Shown here: piece by piece, positions 28,435 through 38,262 of the stretch
How the letters are laid out: the number at the start of each line of letters is the position of its first letter
How positions within the stretch are numbered: the stretch's first letter is position 1
Translations under genes and position numbers: made by a program
The notes under the pieces: model-generated
What the model saw: the letters and a program-made list of their open reading frames with translations, nothing else
Told to the model about the DNA's origin: nothing
The model's database searches: none
Assembly (NCBI GenBank): GCA_964422395.1
Contig: CAYRAO010000001.1
Location: forward strand, 4,900-68,899
Origin: an uncultured Clostridia bacterium
Lineage (GTDB): Bacteria; Acidobacteriota; Aminicenantia; UBA2199
Length of the DNA stretch: 64,000 bases
Direction of reading: 5' to 3'

Positions 28435-29802
28435 CTATCTTGGGATCAGCAATCTTTTACCCGGTCTAATCAGATTGGATCTTAGTTTATTTACTCTTTT
28501 TATTTTTCTTACCGAAGTACGGAATTTTCTTGCTATTGAATAAAGGCTATCCCCTTTTCTCACTCTGTACCATCCTGCAAAATATCTGCTCTTTGGAGGT
28601 AATCTTTTTAATTGTTCCAAAACAGACTCGTCGGATCCGATAGGAATTCTCAATTCATACTCTTTTTTATTAAAAGGGGTAAAGTCCCTAACTATCTCCG
28701 GATTAAGCTTTTTCAACTCCGAATATGGTCGGTTAAGCAACGCAGAAACACTTTTTAAGCTAACCGGTGATATGATTTTTACAATTTTGGAATTATTGTA
28801 AAGTTTATCAGGTTCATTAACAATAAATCCATATTTTTCGGGCGATTTTGCAATTAAAAGCGAAGCTATAAAAGCCGGAACATAATTCCTTGTTTCACGT
28901 CTTAGATATCTGCTTTTGGCAAGTCTGTAAAAATTTCTACTTCCTACCCTCTTAATAGCTCTTGATACTTTCCCCGGACCACCATTATAACTGGCAAGAG
29001 CAAGATACCAATCATCAAATTTTTCATATAAATATTTTAAATATTTTGCCGCTGCATATGCAGATTTTTCAGGATCCTTTCTCTCATCCAATATCCAATC
29101 CACTCTCAATCCGAACAATCGTGCAGTCATTTTTATAAACTGCCAAATTCCCATAGCCCGTGCTCTTGAATATGCGTTTGTTCTAAATCCGCTTTCAATA
29201 ATAGGCAGATATGCCAAATCTTCGGGAATACCCGCTTCATTAAAAATTACTTTATACCTTTTGATATAAATTCCCGATCTGTCAAGAGCATTCTGAATGC
29301 TCTTATGGCGAACCGTCTGAAATGCTTTTATAAAAGATACGACCTTATCATTAATCTCAATTGGGATGGAGAATGTAGGTTCCGATATAACCGCAAGTTG
29401 TTTAATCTTCTTTATCTCTTTTTGTGAAGGTTTAAACAATCTCGTATTGACAACTTCGTCAATAAGAGCTTTTTCCTTTTCGGTTGAGATATTATTATTG
29501 TATTCAAGTTGATTGAGCTCTATGGAAGATATCTTTATTACATACTCATTTACAATTCTACTGAATTCCGGATTATCCGAAACAGAATTAAGCAATATAT
29601 TTATAGCTTTATCAAAATAGTAACCCGCCGCATCCGACCGTCCTTCATTTATTAGTGCTTTACCTTTTAAAAAATTCGACTCTGCTTTTCTTATTATGGG
29701 ATTTCGATAATTTAACTTATACCCTTTCCGAAATAGACTGTTCGAGCATCCTGCACTCAAAACAAGAACCATAACAAATAAAATAATTCTATTTTTCCAC
29801 AT
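28435..29802 (-). CDS. MltD-like lytic murein transglycosylase with LysM, lipoprotein
   Basis: Lipobox LSAGC; SLT motifs IIESGF, AMGIWQF, ALASYNGG, ETRNYVP; C-terminal LysM (YRVRKGDSLYSIARKF). Confidence 0.92.
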   Translation of the reverse strand: MWKNRIILFVMVLVLSAGCSNSLFRKGYKLNYRNPIIRKAESNFLKGKALINEGRSDAAGYYFDKAINILLNSVSDNPEFSRIVNEYVIKISSIELNQLEYNNNISTEKEKALIDEVVNTRLFKPSQKEIKKIKQLAVISEPTFSIPIEINDKVVSFIKAFQTVRHKSIQNALDRSGIYIKRYKVIFNEAGIPEDLAYLPIIESGFRTNAYSRARAMGIWQFIKMTARLFGLRVDWILDERKDPEKSAYAAAKYLKYLYEKFDDWYLALASYNGGPGKVSRAIKRVGSRNFYRLAKSRYLRRETRNYVPAFIASLLIAKSPEKYGFIVNEPDKLYNNSKIVKIISPVSLKSVSALLNRPYSELKKLNPEIVRDFTPFNKKEYELRIPIGSDESVLEQLKRLPPKSRYFAGWYRVRKGDSLYSIARKFRTSVRKIKRVNKLRSNLIRPGKRLLIPR

Positions 29803-30799
29803 CTAATATGAGATTTATCTTCTCTACTCCTTTAGTCAGTTCAATATCAATAGTTTTAAGGATGTTCGAATCACTATCCTTGATATCTATTATAAAACTT
29901 TCAGCAGATTGTATTTTTTTTATAATCGTAAGACGTGAACTATCACCTTGCAAAGAATCTAACAAATCATAGCTCTTTTTATCTTCGGCACCCTGTTTCC
30001 TTTCCTCTTCTTGGGGAATAACTTCCAACTCATCCTCTAAAACTATTATATCTTCTTCAACTTCACGAAGGCTGACATCTTGGATAATATCATGCTTTTC
30101 ATCATCATCGGTTTTTATCCTTTTAACAGGAATATCATCTTTTGAAATTATCTCTTTTTCGGTATTGATATCAAAACTAATTTCAGGACTAACCCCACTC
30201 TTGGTATCAAGAAAGTCAATTTCTCTTTTTATTTCATCAAGAGTTAATGCGGATATCTCACGGAGTGTCTCCACCACACCTCTTCCCTCTGTGGAAACAG
30301 CCTCAAAATAAGGATAATTTTCCGGATTTAATATCCTGTTCATTTTTTCAATAGACATGATGTTTTTTAAATCACGTTTATTGTATTGAAAAACCAAAGG
30401 GACGGAACTCAATTCATCACCCTGTTCAGCCAGGTTAATCCTAAGATTTTCTAAACTTTCTATGTTCGATTCTTCCATTGCTTCTTGAGAATCTGCAACA
30501 AATACTACTCCGTCTGCTCCTTTCAACACCATTTTTCTTGTAGAATCATAGAATATCTGACCAGGGACAGTGTATAGTTGAAATTTTGTAAAATACCCTT
30601 TTATAAGTCCCACATTTATGGGAAGAAGATCAAAAAAGAGAGTACGTTCAATATCGGTTTCCACACTAACAAGTTCTCCCCTCGCTTGTGGATTTGTAAC
30701 GGAATAAATATACTGCAGATTTGTTGTCTTTCCACTTAGACCGGTTCCATAGTAAACTATTTTTGCCGTAACTTCCTTTGAAGAGTAATTAATAAACAT
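29789..30799 (-). CDS. MglA-family small GTPase with acidic C-terminal extension
   Basis: KIVYYGTGLSGKTTNL, ERTLFFD, LYTVPGQ, DGVVFVADSQ, YNKRDL; about 140 extra C-terminal residues. Confidence 0.9.
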   Translation of the reverse strand: MFINYSSKEVTAKIVYYGTGLSGKTTNLQYIYSVTNPQARGELVSVETDIERTLFFDLLPINVGLIKGYFTKFQLYTVPGQIFYDSTRKMVLKGADGVVFVADSQEAMEESNIESLENLRINLAEQGDELSSVPLVFQYNKRDLKNIMSIEKMNRILNPENYPYFEAVSTEGRGVVETLREISALTLDEIKREIDFLDTKSGVSPEISFDINTEKEIISKDDIPVKRIKTDDDEKHDIIQDVSLREVEEDIIVLEDELEVIPQEEERKQGAEDKKSYDLLDSLQGDSSRLTIIKKIQSAESFIIDIKDSDSNILKTIDIELTKGVEKINLILDVEK

Positions 30800-30860
30800 T
30801 TATATCTACCAATAGTTGAATTTTCTCACCAATTAAGGATGAAGTCAACATTTTTGATAT

Positions 30861-32078
30861 TTACGTATAATTGTTGAGATACTCCGGATAGTTATCTTTA
30901 AGCCAACCAAAATAGTTTTTTACGGCAATCTCGTGTTTCTCCCACCATCCGGTTACGATCCCGTCGTTATTGAGTTTATGAAGATTCTTTTTATCCTCAT
31001 CTTTAAGATAAGTCGGAAGACGGAACTGATATTCACTTCCCGAAAGAGGAAAAAAATGGTGAAGATGGATTTTAACTCTATATCTTTTGGACAATTTCCG
31101 AATAAAACTTAATGTTTTTTCTCTCTCATCTTCCGATTCATCCGGATATCCGATAATAAAATCAAGATTTACTTTGAATCCATACGAATTTGCTATCTCA
31201 ATATCGGATTCTACATCATAAGTAGAGTGACCCCTATGAAGTTCTTTTAACCTCTCATCGGAACCACTTTGAGCACCAAGCGTAATCCATTTATTTGTTA
31301 CATTTTTTTTTAGAATCTTAACCAATTCCTTATCCAACGTCCCCGGTCTTATTTCAGAAGGGAATATCCCATATTCAAAAAAATTAAAACCAAATGAAGC
31401 AACTGTCTCCAACAGTTCGGAAATACTTGAATGGTCAGGTTTACCGGGAATTTTTGATCCGTATTCCAAGGCGGAAGGAGAAATAAAGGTTACCCTTTTA
31501 AAACTTTTTTCCTTAAGACCTTTTAAAAAGGTAACTATTGAATTCATGGAACGGAAAGAATAGTCGGCGGTTCCGGTTTGACAATACTTGCAATTCCATA
31601 AGCATCCTCTGAAGATTTCAAGAGGAGGAACCATTTTGAAATATTTTGAAAAGGGTAAGTATTTATTAAGATCTGTTTTAACTTTTCGGGAATATGTTTT
31701 TCCTCCGTCTTTAATATTTCCCGAGATCAGATCGTTTCCGAATTGTTTAAAAGATTCTTCTCCAAATCCTTTAAACAGAATATTAACACCGATCTTTAAA
31801 GGTAATTCTGTACTTCCGTCGATATGAGAACCTCCGGCTGCAATCAATACATTTTTGTCCTTTAGGGAATATATCTCTTCAGCAATAATCGGTAGATGAG
31901 GTGTCATAAATGAGTACACTACTATATCACCCTCTTTGCATGCAACCCGACCCTCTGAAATAACAATATCAAAATAACTATCTATACCGGCTTTTTCCCA
32001 TACGTTAAGAAGTACCGGAAAAGTAAATCTATTAAACGGAAATACTCTGAATATTACTCTCTTCCTTTTCATGAACAT
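30861..32078 (-). CDS. B12-binding radical SAM protein (TIGR04013/MJ1487-like); start possibly at 32072
   Basis: N-terminal cobalamin-binding region (YSF, AAGGSH); RGCLWNCKYC; GAQSGS. Confidence 0.8.
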   Translation of the reverse strand: MFMKRKRVIFRVFPFNRFTFPVLLNVWEKAGIDSYFDIVISEGRVACKEGDIVVYSFMTPHLPIIAEEIYSLKDKNVLIAAGGSHIDGSTELPLKIGVNILFKGFGEESFKQFGNDLISGNIKDGGKTYSRKVKTDLNKYLPFSKYFKMVPPLEIFRGCLWNCKYCQTGTADYSFRSMNSIVTFLKGLKEKSFKRVTFISPSALEYGSKIPGKPDHSSISELLETVASFGFNFFEYGIFPSEIRPGTLDKELVKILKKNVTNKWITLGAQSGSDERLKELHRGHSTYDVESDIEIANSYGFKVNLDFIIGYPDESEDEREKTLSFIRKLSKRYRVKIHLHHFFPLSGSEYQFRLPTYLKDEDKKNLHKLNNDGIVTGWWEKHEIAVKNYFGWLKDNYPEYLNNYT

Positions 32079-32080
32079 TG

Positions 32081-32109
32081 ATTATAAACCGAACTTACAC
32101 TCCGTTCAA
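32081..32109 (-). promoter_or_regulatory. Promoter, near-leaderless (B12 radical SAM gene)
   Basis: TTGAAC-N17-TATAAT; 8 nt to the second ATG (32072). Confidence 0.65.
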
Positions 32110-32190
32110 TCCGAACATTTGAGTATCCAAATGATACATAAAACTCAGTAATACTCTCTCTTTAAAACAAGAAATTTATCGCATATGATT

Positions 32191-32219
32191 TTGACTGTTA
32201 TATAGCACAGTGCTATAAT
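32191..32219 (+). promoter_or_regulatory. Promoter, likely leaderless, containing a palindromic operator
   Basis: TTGACT-N17-TATAAT (TG extended), 7 nt to ATG; TATAGCAC-A-GTGCTATA palindrome at 32201-32217. Confidence 0.75.
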
Positions 32220-32226
32220 TTTTCCA

Positions 32227-33912
32227 ATGAAAAATCCAATTAGAAAGTTTCTTTATATTTCTTTTTTAATTTTAATGATAATATTCATTTACCCCCCTCT
32301 TTCATTTAAAAAGCTCAACAATACAAATGCCCTCCCCGAAAATATCATTAAAGGTGTATTTCATATACATTCGAATTATTCCGACGGCAAAGGAGACCTA
32401 AACGAGATAACAAAAGCTGCAAAGTATAACGGACTTGATTTTATTATTTTGACAGATCATGGAGAACCTAATCTCAAAAGTGCCGATTCAACATCCTTTA
32501 TGAATGACGTGCTGATTGTCGGAGGCTCTGAATTTTCTTTAGACAGCGGACATATTGCATCTGCGGGATTTAAAGTTGAGAAATATAAAATCCCTTTTGA
32601 ACCCATGGAAGCAATCGGAGAAGTAAATAAAAACGGAGGATTCACCTTTATAGCACATCCGTTTGATAACAAGATTCCATGGACGGATTGGGATATAAAA
32701 GATTTTACGGGGATTGAGATATTAAGCTCTTACAGTAGTGCAAGAAGGAGAGGATTTTTAAACCTCCTTGTATTTCCGCTCCGCTATATATTAAACCGTG
32801 AATACTCCCTTTTAAATTCATTGGAAGACTACCCCGAAAAAAATCTTAGAGCATGGGATACACTCAATCGTAAAGGTAAATATATGGGAATTTATGCACT
32901 TGATGCACATGCAAAGATTCCTATTACAAAAAAAATATCACTAAATTTCCCTTCATACAAAGCAATCTTCGGAACACTTAATATATACGTAAAAATTAAT
33001 GCTCCCATTGGTAACAACCCCATCCGTTCCGCGAGAGAAATTATTTCCCAAATAAAAGATGGAAAATATTTTAATGTAATTGAAGGTATAGCTCCCGCAA
33101 ACGGATTTGATATAAAATTCAGTTCAATTAACGGTAAAGTCTACGAGTCGGGAGATAATATCCCTTCCAAATCCGGTTCCTTTCATATCAATCTTCCATT
33201 TAATTTTCCGGTCAATGTCAAAATTATCCGAAACGGTGAAGAATTTTTTCGTAAAAGAAAAATTATCTCAGGAAAACTTGAAATCGGAATAACCGATCAG
33301 GGAGTCTACAGATGTGAAATATCCGTCGGGAAGGGAGCATTTAAAAATCTTCTTTGGATAATGACGAATCCATTCTTCATCGGAATTAATAAACAAACGG
33401 AAACTTCCCAAACCGTATCTGAAACTTTTGATCTGCTTTTAGACAAAAAAACTTTTGTTGTTGAAAAGAACAACGGTTCATCCGGAATTATAAAACATGA
33501 CTATTCGGACAAAAGTAGTGCATTAACAAAACTTAATTACATTTTAAAAGGATCTCCGAAAGAAAAAGATTTTTGGGTATCTTTATCTTCTCGAAAAAAC
33601 AGGGATCTTGCCCGTTACTCCGGAATTATATTTGAAAGTAAATCTTCCGAACCTATGAGATATTGGCTTGAGATAAGAACAGAAGGTGATAACAGTGAAT
33701 TATGGTTCAGACACTCCTTTATTGCTTATCCGGAATGGAGCAAAATAAAAATCCCTTTTAAGAAAATGCACTTGATATCAAAAAAATCCAGCAATAATAA
33801 GATGAATTTATCTAAAACCAGATCAATTTTCATCTCTATAAATAATTCTGTTGTGAATTATAAAGAAATAAAAGGTAGCATCGAGATAAGGAATTTTTCC
33901 GTTTACAAATAA
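32227..33912 (+). CDS. Membrane-anchored PHP-domain (CehA/McbA-like) metallo-phosphoesterase with C-terminal CIA30/CBM11-like domain
   Basis: N-terminal TM; HIHSNYSDG, TDH, GH, AHP, DAH metal ligands; C-terminal beta-sandwich pattern (YSGIIFESKS, WSKIKIPF). Confidence 0.72.
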   Translation: MKNPIRKFLYISFLILMIIFIYPPLSFKKLNNTNALPENIIKGVFHIHSNYSDGKGDLNEITKAAKYNGLDFIILTDHGEPNLKSADSTSFMNDVLIVGGSEFSLDSGHIASAGFKVEKYKIPFEPMEAIGEVNKNGGFTFIAHPFDNKIPWTDWDIKDFTGIEILSSYSSARRRGFLNLLVFPLRYILNREYSLLNSLEDYPEKNLRAWDTLNRKGKYMGIYALDAHAKIPITKKISLNFPSYKAIFGTLNIYVKINAPIGNNPIRSAREIISQIKDGKYFNVIEGIAPANGFDIKFSSINGKVYESGDNIPSKSGSFHINLPFNFPVNVKIIRNGEEFFRKRKIISGKLEIGITDQGVYRCEISVGKGAFKNLLWIMTNPFFIGINKQTETSQTVSETFDLLLDKKTFVVEKNNGSSGIIKHDYSDKSSALTKLNYILKGSPKEKDFWVSLSSRKNRDLARYSGIIFESKSSEPMRYWLEIRTEGDNSELWFRHSFIAYPEWSKIKIPFKKMHLISKKSSNNKMNLSKTRSIFISINNSVVNYKEIKGSIEIRNFSVYK

Positions 33913-34812
33913 ATGAAATTTACAAAAGAAATAATAGAGCTATCAATAATAATAGTTAATTTCAACTCCGGCAATTACTTATCGGGAACAATAAGTTCTA
34001 TCTATAAAAACAGACCTAAAATCTCTTTTGAGATTATTGTTGTTGACAATAATTCAAATGATGATTCTCTTGCAAATGCGAAAAAAGATCATCGGGAAAT
34101 TATAATAATAGAACTTTCCGAAAATTTCGGATTTGCTAAAGCTAATAACATAGGAGTTAAAAAATCCAAAGGAAAATATATATTGGTACTTAACAACGAT
34201 ACGGAGATTCTTAACGGTTCAATCGACTCTCTCATTTCCCTGCTCGACAGTGATTCCAAATACGGAATCGTAGCTCCTCTTATTCTATTCGGAGATAATA
34301 CACCTCAATTATCTTTCGGACGCGATCCCGAAATTATATCCGAATTTATTACAAAATATTTTTCAAAGATCTTCTTTAAAATTCAAGTTAAATTTTTACA
34401 AGATAAGTTTGCAAAAAATGTAGACTGGATTTCCGGAGCATGTTTTCTAATAAGGAGAGAACTATACAACTCTCTCGGAGGATTTGATGAAAAATTTTTC
34501 CTCTACTATGAAGATTGTGACTTCGGAAGGAGAGTCAGAGATGCCGGATATTTGAACCGTATTTCATCTGATAGTAGAATCATTCATCATCTTGGAAAAT
34601 CACGTCGCCCACCCTATTATGAGCTGCTGCTCGCTGTAAAAAAAGGGCACCTTTATTATTATAGGAAACATAATACAAGGTTTTCATTTATAGTATTAAA
34701 GACCTATCTTACCTTAAAATTCAATTTCAAAAGGATATATTCTTATTTAAGAACGGATAAAACGGAAACTTCCGAAATAGATAAATTTCTATCATTTTTA
34801 AAAAAAATTTAA
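33913..34812 (+). CDS. Glycosyltransferase family 2 (WbbL/rhamnosyltransferase-like)
   Basis: SIIIVNFNS, VVDNNSND, NFGFAKANN, LNND, SGACFL, FDEKFFLYYEDCD. Confidence 0.92.
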   Translation: MKFTKEIIELSIIIVNFNSGNYLSGTISSIYKNRPKISFEIIVVDNNSNDDSLANAKKDHREIIIIELSENFGFAKANNIGVKKSKGKYILVLNNDTEILNGSIDSLISLLDSDSKYGIVAPLILFGDNTPQLSFGRDPEIISEFITKYFSKIFFKIQVKFLQDKFAKNVDWISGACFLIRRELYNSLGGFDEKFFLYYEDCDFGRRVRDAGYLNRISSDSRIIHHLGKSRRPPYYELLLAVKKGHLYYYRKHNTRFSFIVLKTYLTLKFNFKRIYSYLRTDKTETSEIDKFLSFLKKI

Positions 34813-34813
34813 T

Positions 34814-35890
34814 ATGAAAAAAATAATTCTTGATGCAAGGAAACTTAATGATTATGGAATCGGTGAATATATTAAAACCTTATTCCCTGCAATTGCCACT
34901 TCTGAAAATTTTGATACAAGAATTATCTTAAATAAAAATTCAAACTCCATATCAAAAGTATTCGGGGGATTACATAAAGATAAAATCATTTATTCGAAAT
35001 ACTCCAATTATACTATAGGTGAGCATTTTGAGATTCCAAGAAAAGTCTCTTCGATAAAAGATTTTTATTATTTTTCACCCCATTATCTATTCCCGTATTT
35101 TCTTAAGAACAAATTGATCGTAACAATTCATGATCTTATTCATTTTAAATTTCCAAGCTATTTTAAACCCGGAATAAAAGTAATACTTGCAAAACAATTC
35201 ATCAAAAAAATAAAGAATTCAGACTCCTTGGTTTTCACCGTTTCTGAAAATAGTAAAACCGACCTTATTGAAATGTTCGATTTTAAGAAAGAGAATATCA
35301 GAGTTATTTTCAACGGTATATCGGATATCTTTTTCAAATATAAAAAAGGTGCAAACCCTAAACCTTTTCCTTACATAATGTATGCAGGAAACTTTAAACC
35401 TCACAAAAACTTAATAATATTACTCAGGGCGTTCAAACAAATTTCGGAAAAATATCGGGACATAAGACTTGTTCTTGCCGGAGTTAATAGTAGTAAAACC
35501 TTATACGGATTGATAAATGATTTAAATATAAGTGACAAGGTTATTCCAACAGGATATATTCCCGTCCAAGACCTTATAGATCTTCTTGATTTTTCAGAAT
35601 TGTTTGTTTTTCCTTCACTTTATGAAGGGTTCGGACTTCCTCCGATTGAAGCCATGGCAAGAGGCAAAGCCGTAATTTCAACAAGATGCGGCAGTCTCGG
35701 TGAAGTTTTGGGAGATGCCTCAGTCTATTTTGATCAACACTCTGATCAAGATCTATCAAATAAAATTGAACAACTCCTGACTGATTCAAATCTTAAATAT
35801 GAATTTGAGTCTAAGGGACGAACACATGCTAAAAAATATACTACAAAAAGTATGGTAGAATCTTATCTAAGTCAACTCAGGAGAATTTAA
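34814..35890 (+). CDS. Glycosyltransferase family 4 (GT-B)
   Basis: TIHDLIH, KPHKN, PSLYEGFGLPPIEAMARG. Confidence 0.92.
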   Translation: MKKIILDARKLNDYGIGEYIKTLFPAIATSENFDTRIILNKNSNSISKVFGGLHKDKIIYSKYSNYTIGEHFEIPRKVSSIKDFYYFSPHYLFPYFLKNKLIVTIHDLIHFKFPSYFKPGIKVILAKQFIKKIKNSDSLVFTVSENSKTDLIEMFDFKKENIRVIFNGISDIFFKYKKGANPKPFPYIMYAGNFKPHKNLIILLRAFKQISEKYRDIRLVLAGVNSSKTLYGLINDLNISDKVIPTGYIPVQDLIDLLDFSELFVFPSLYEGFGLPPIEAMARGKAVISTRCGSLGEVLGDASVYFDQHSDQDLSNKIEQLLTDSNLKYEFESKGRTHAKKYTTKSMVESYLSQLRRI

Positions 35891-35895
35891 TAGCA

Positions 35896-37239
35896 ATGAA
35901 AAAAATAATTCTAATTGTTATGCTTGGCATATTTTGTTTAACAATACATTCAAAAGAAACCGATCCGAAAAATATAATAATAATATCAGTTGACACATTA
36001 AGAGCTGACCATTTGAGCTGTAACGGATATCCGATAAAAACTTCTCCTGAAATAGATAAGTTCTCGAAAGATTCAATTAGGTTTTCCAATTGTTTTACCG
36101 TTACACCTCTCACTGCTCCCGCTTTTTCATCAATGTTAACTTCACTCCCTCCCCACAAACACGGAGCAAAAAGAAACGGATTATCGGTTTTCAGCCACAT
36201 CCATACACTACCATGGCATTTAAAAAAATATGGTTATACCTCTTCGGCTTTTATATCAAACTGGCCTTTAAGAAAAAAGCTGTCTCAGCTACACAAAGAT
36301 TTTGATTCGTACTACGAGATATTCACAAGGAAAAGATATCATGGATTATTCAATGATGAGAGTACGGCTGTTGATGTCAACTTGAAAGTTGAAAAATGGT
36401 TGGACGAAAATTATAAAAAAAAGATGTTCCTATGGATTCATTATTCGGATCCACATGCTAAATATATCTTTCACACAAAATATAATTTTGAATATAAAAA
36501 GGAGAACAAATCATACTATCCACCGAAAACAAGATTTAAGAAAATAAGGAAATATGATAGTGAAATTGCCTTTACGGATTTCCATATCGGATTGCTGATC
36601 AAAAAACTAAAAAAATTAAATTTATATAACGACTCATTAATAATCTTTATTTCGGATCACGGGGAAAGCTTTGGAGAACATAAATACTTCAAGCACGGAA
36701 AAAAGTTGTTTAATTCAACTCTTCATGTTCCTCTTATTGTTAAACTACCTAATAATCGTTTAAAAAACACCGTCATTGACAACAATGTCTCAATCTTAGA
36801 TATATCACCTACAATTCTTTCCGTTTTAAATTTACCGATCCCGGAAAATATGGAGGGAACTTCAATATTCGAAAAAAACAGGGGAAAACCGATCTTTTTT
36901 GAAACTTACAAAGGGACAGTACTATTTAGACGGAGTAATATCAAGTTTCACAACAAAGTTCATCCGATAAAGCATGGGATTCTACTCGGTAATTCCAAGA
37001 TCATCCATTCGAGAAAATCAGGTGAACTTAAAATTTTTAATATTAAGAACGATATTTTTGAATTACAAGATTTGTATGTAAAAAATTCAAATGAGTATAA
37101 AAAATTAAAACTTTTGTTGGTCAATTATGTCAAAAGTATTAATAAATATATAAAATACTCAAGAAAATACTTTAAGCAAAATTCGAAGTTGTCACAAGAA
37201 GACATTCAGAAACTAAAGAGTCTGGGATATATTGATTAA
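35896..37239 (+). CDS. Exported sulfatase-fold (alkaline phosphatase superfamily) enzyme with Thr at the nucleophile position
   Basis: Signal peptide; ISVDTLRADH, PLTAPAF in place of CxPxR, HYSDPH, SDHGE, DISPT. Confidence 0.8.
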   Translation: MKKIILIVMLGIFCLTIHSKETDPKNIIIISVDTLRADHLSCNGYPIKTSPEIDKFSKDSIRFSNCFTVTPLTAPAFSSMLTSLPPHKHGAKRNGLSVFSHIHTLPWHLKKYGYTSSAFISNWPLRKKLSQLHKDFDSYYEIFTRKRYHGLFNDESTAVDVNLKVEKWLDENYKKKMFLWIHYSDPHAKYIFHTKYNFEYKKENKSYYPPKTRFKKIRKYDSEIAFTDFHIGLLIKKLKKLNLYNDSLIIFISDHGESFGEHKYFKHGKKLFNSTLHVPLIVKLPNNRLKNTVIDNNVSILDISPTILSVLNLPIPENMEGTSIFEKNRGKPIFFETYKGTVLFRRSNIKFHNKVHPIKHGILLGNSKIIHSRKSGELKIFNIKNDIFELQDLYVKNSNEYKKLKLLLVNYVKSINKYIKYSRKYFKQNSKLSQEDIQKLKSLGYID

Positions 37240-37289
37240 GATTTTTTAAAGAACCGATCTTAAATTTTTTTCTTATCCCTTTCGCAAGA

Positions 37290-38249
37290 CTAAATTAACT
37301 CTTTCAAGGTTTTAAAAAAGTTGTCTATTTTGTACTTTTTAACATAAAAATTGTATTTTGATTGGGACGTTTTAACAGGATAGATATCATCATCCTTATT
37401 TTTTAAGTTATAAACCTTTATATAATCTTCAACACTACCCTCAAGCTTTAAAGTAAACAGCGGATCGTTTGAAAAAACATCTGAATTACTATAATCGTAT
37501 TTGTCACATTCAATGTTCATAAGAATTGACAGAATGGAATTAACCTTGGAGTTATCAACCTTCTTACCGTTCAGAGTCCACTCTGTCACGGTTTTTTGAG
37601 ATTTATCCCCATCTTTTTTACCATCTTCTCCCTTTTTGATTGCCAAGACGGTTTTATTGAACGTATACTCTTTATTGTTTATAATAAAAATAATCTTATT
37701 TGTTTGAGATCTATCAATCGTGAAAACATTCTTATCCCTGAAGTCATCCAAACTTTTGTCAAAAATACTTCTTAATGAACCTTGTGAATGATAAACATTA
37801 TTATCCTTTGCTATTTTTACATTAGTATGATCATACGTTGAAGCAATTTTCCCAATATCAAATTCCCTTATCATCTTGTTAGCAATGAATACTTTTACAT
37901 TAATTTTCCTTTTCTCATCAAGTTCATATTTGAAATAATTTTTAGATTTTGATACAAGAGTCGTTAATTTTAATTCGGATACGGACTCTATTACTTTCTT
38001 TAGAATATCCGAATCGGTTTTGTATCCCTCATCACCTTCTACCGACCAATCACCTTCATTCTTTTTTAGAACAACTTTTCTGTCACCTTTTGTAATAACT
38101 ATTTTTTCTATTTTATCAATTTTTAAAGTTCCCAATTTAGGAACTTTGTAATTTATTTTATCCGTATTTTTTAAAAAAAGGTAAGTTAATGCAAATAAAA
38201 TGACGGCTACAATGATAATTATCTCGAAATTTCCCTTTCTTTTTTTCAT
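37290..38249 (-). CDS. DUF4340-like periplasmic protein
   Basis: N-terminal TM anchor; two repeats of a W-x-V...V.S.L..L.C/L unit; follows gldG-like gene; AAGGAG SD supports ATG at 38249. Confidence 0.7.
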   Translation of the reverse strand: MKKRKGNFEIIIIVAVILFALTYLFLKNTDKINYKVPKLGTLKIDKIEKIVITKGDRKVVLKKNEGDWSVEGDEGYKTDSDILKKVIESVSELKLTTLVSKSKNYFKYELDEKRKINVKVFIANKMIREFDIGKIASTYDHTNVKIAKDNNVYHSQGSLRSIFDKSLDDFRDKNVFTIDRSQTNKIIFIINNKEYTFNKTVLAIKKGEDGKKDGDKSQKTVTEWTLNGKKVDNSKVNSILSILMNIECDKYDYSNSDVFSNDPLFTLKLEGSVEDYIKVYNLKNKDDDIYPVKTSQSKYNFYVKKYKIDNFFKTLKELI

Positions 38250-38262
38250 CTGACAATTCTCC

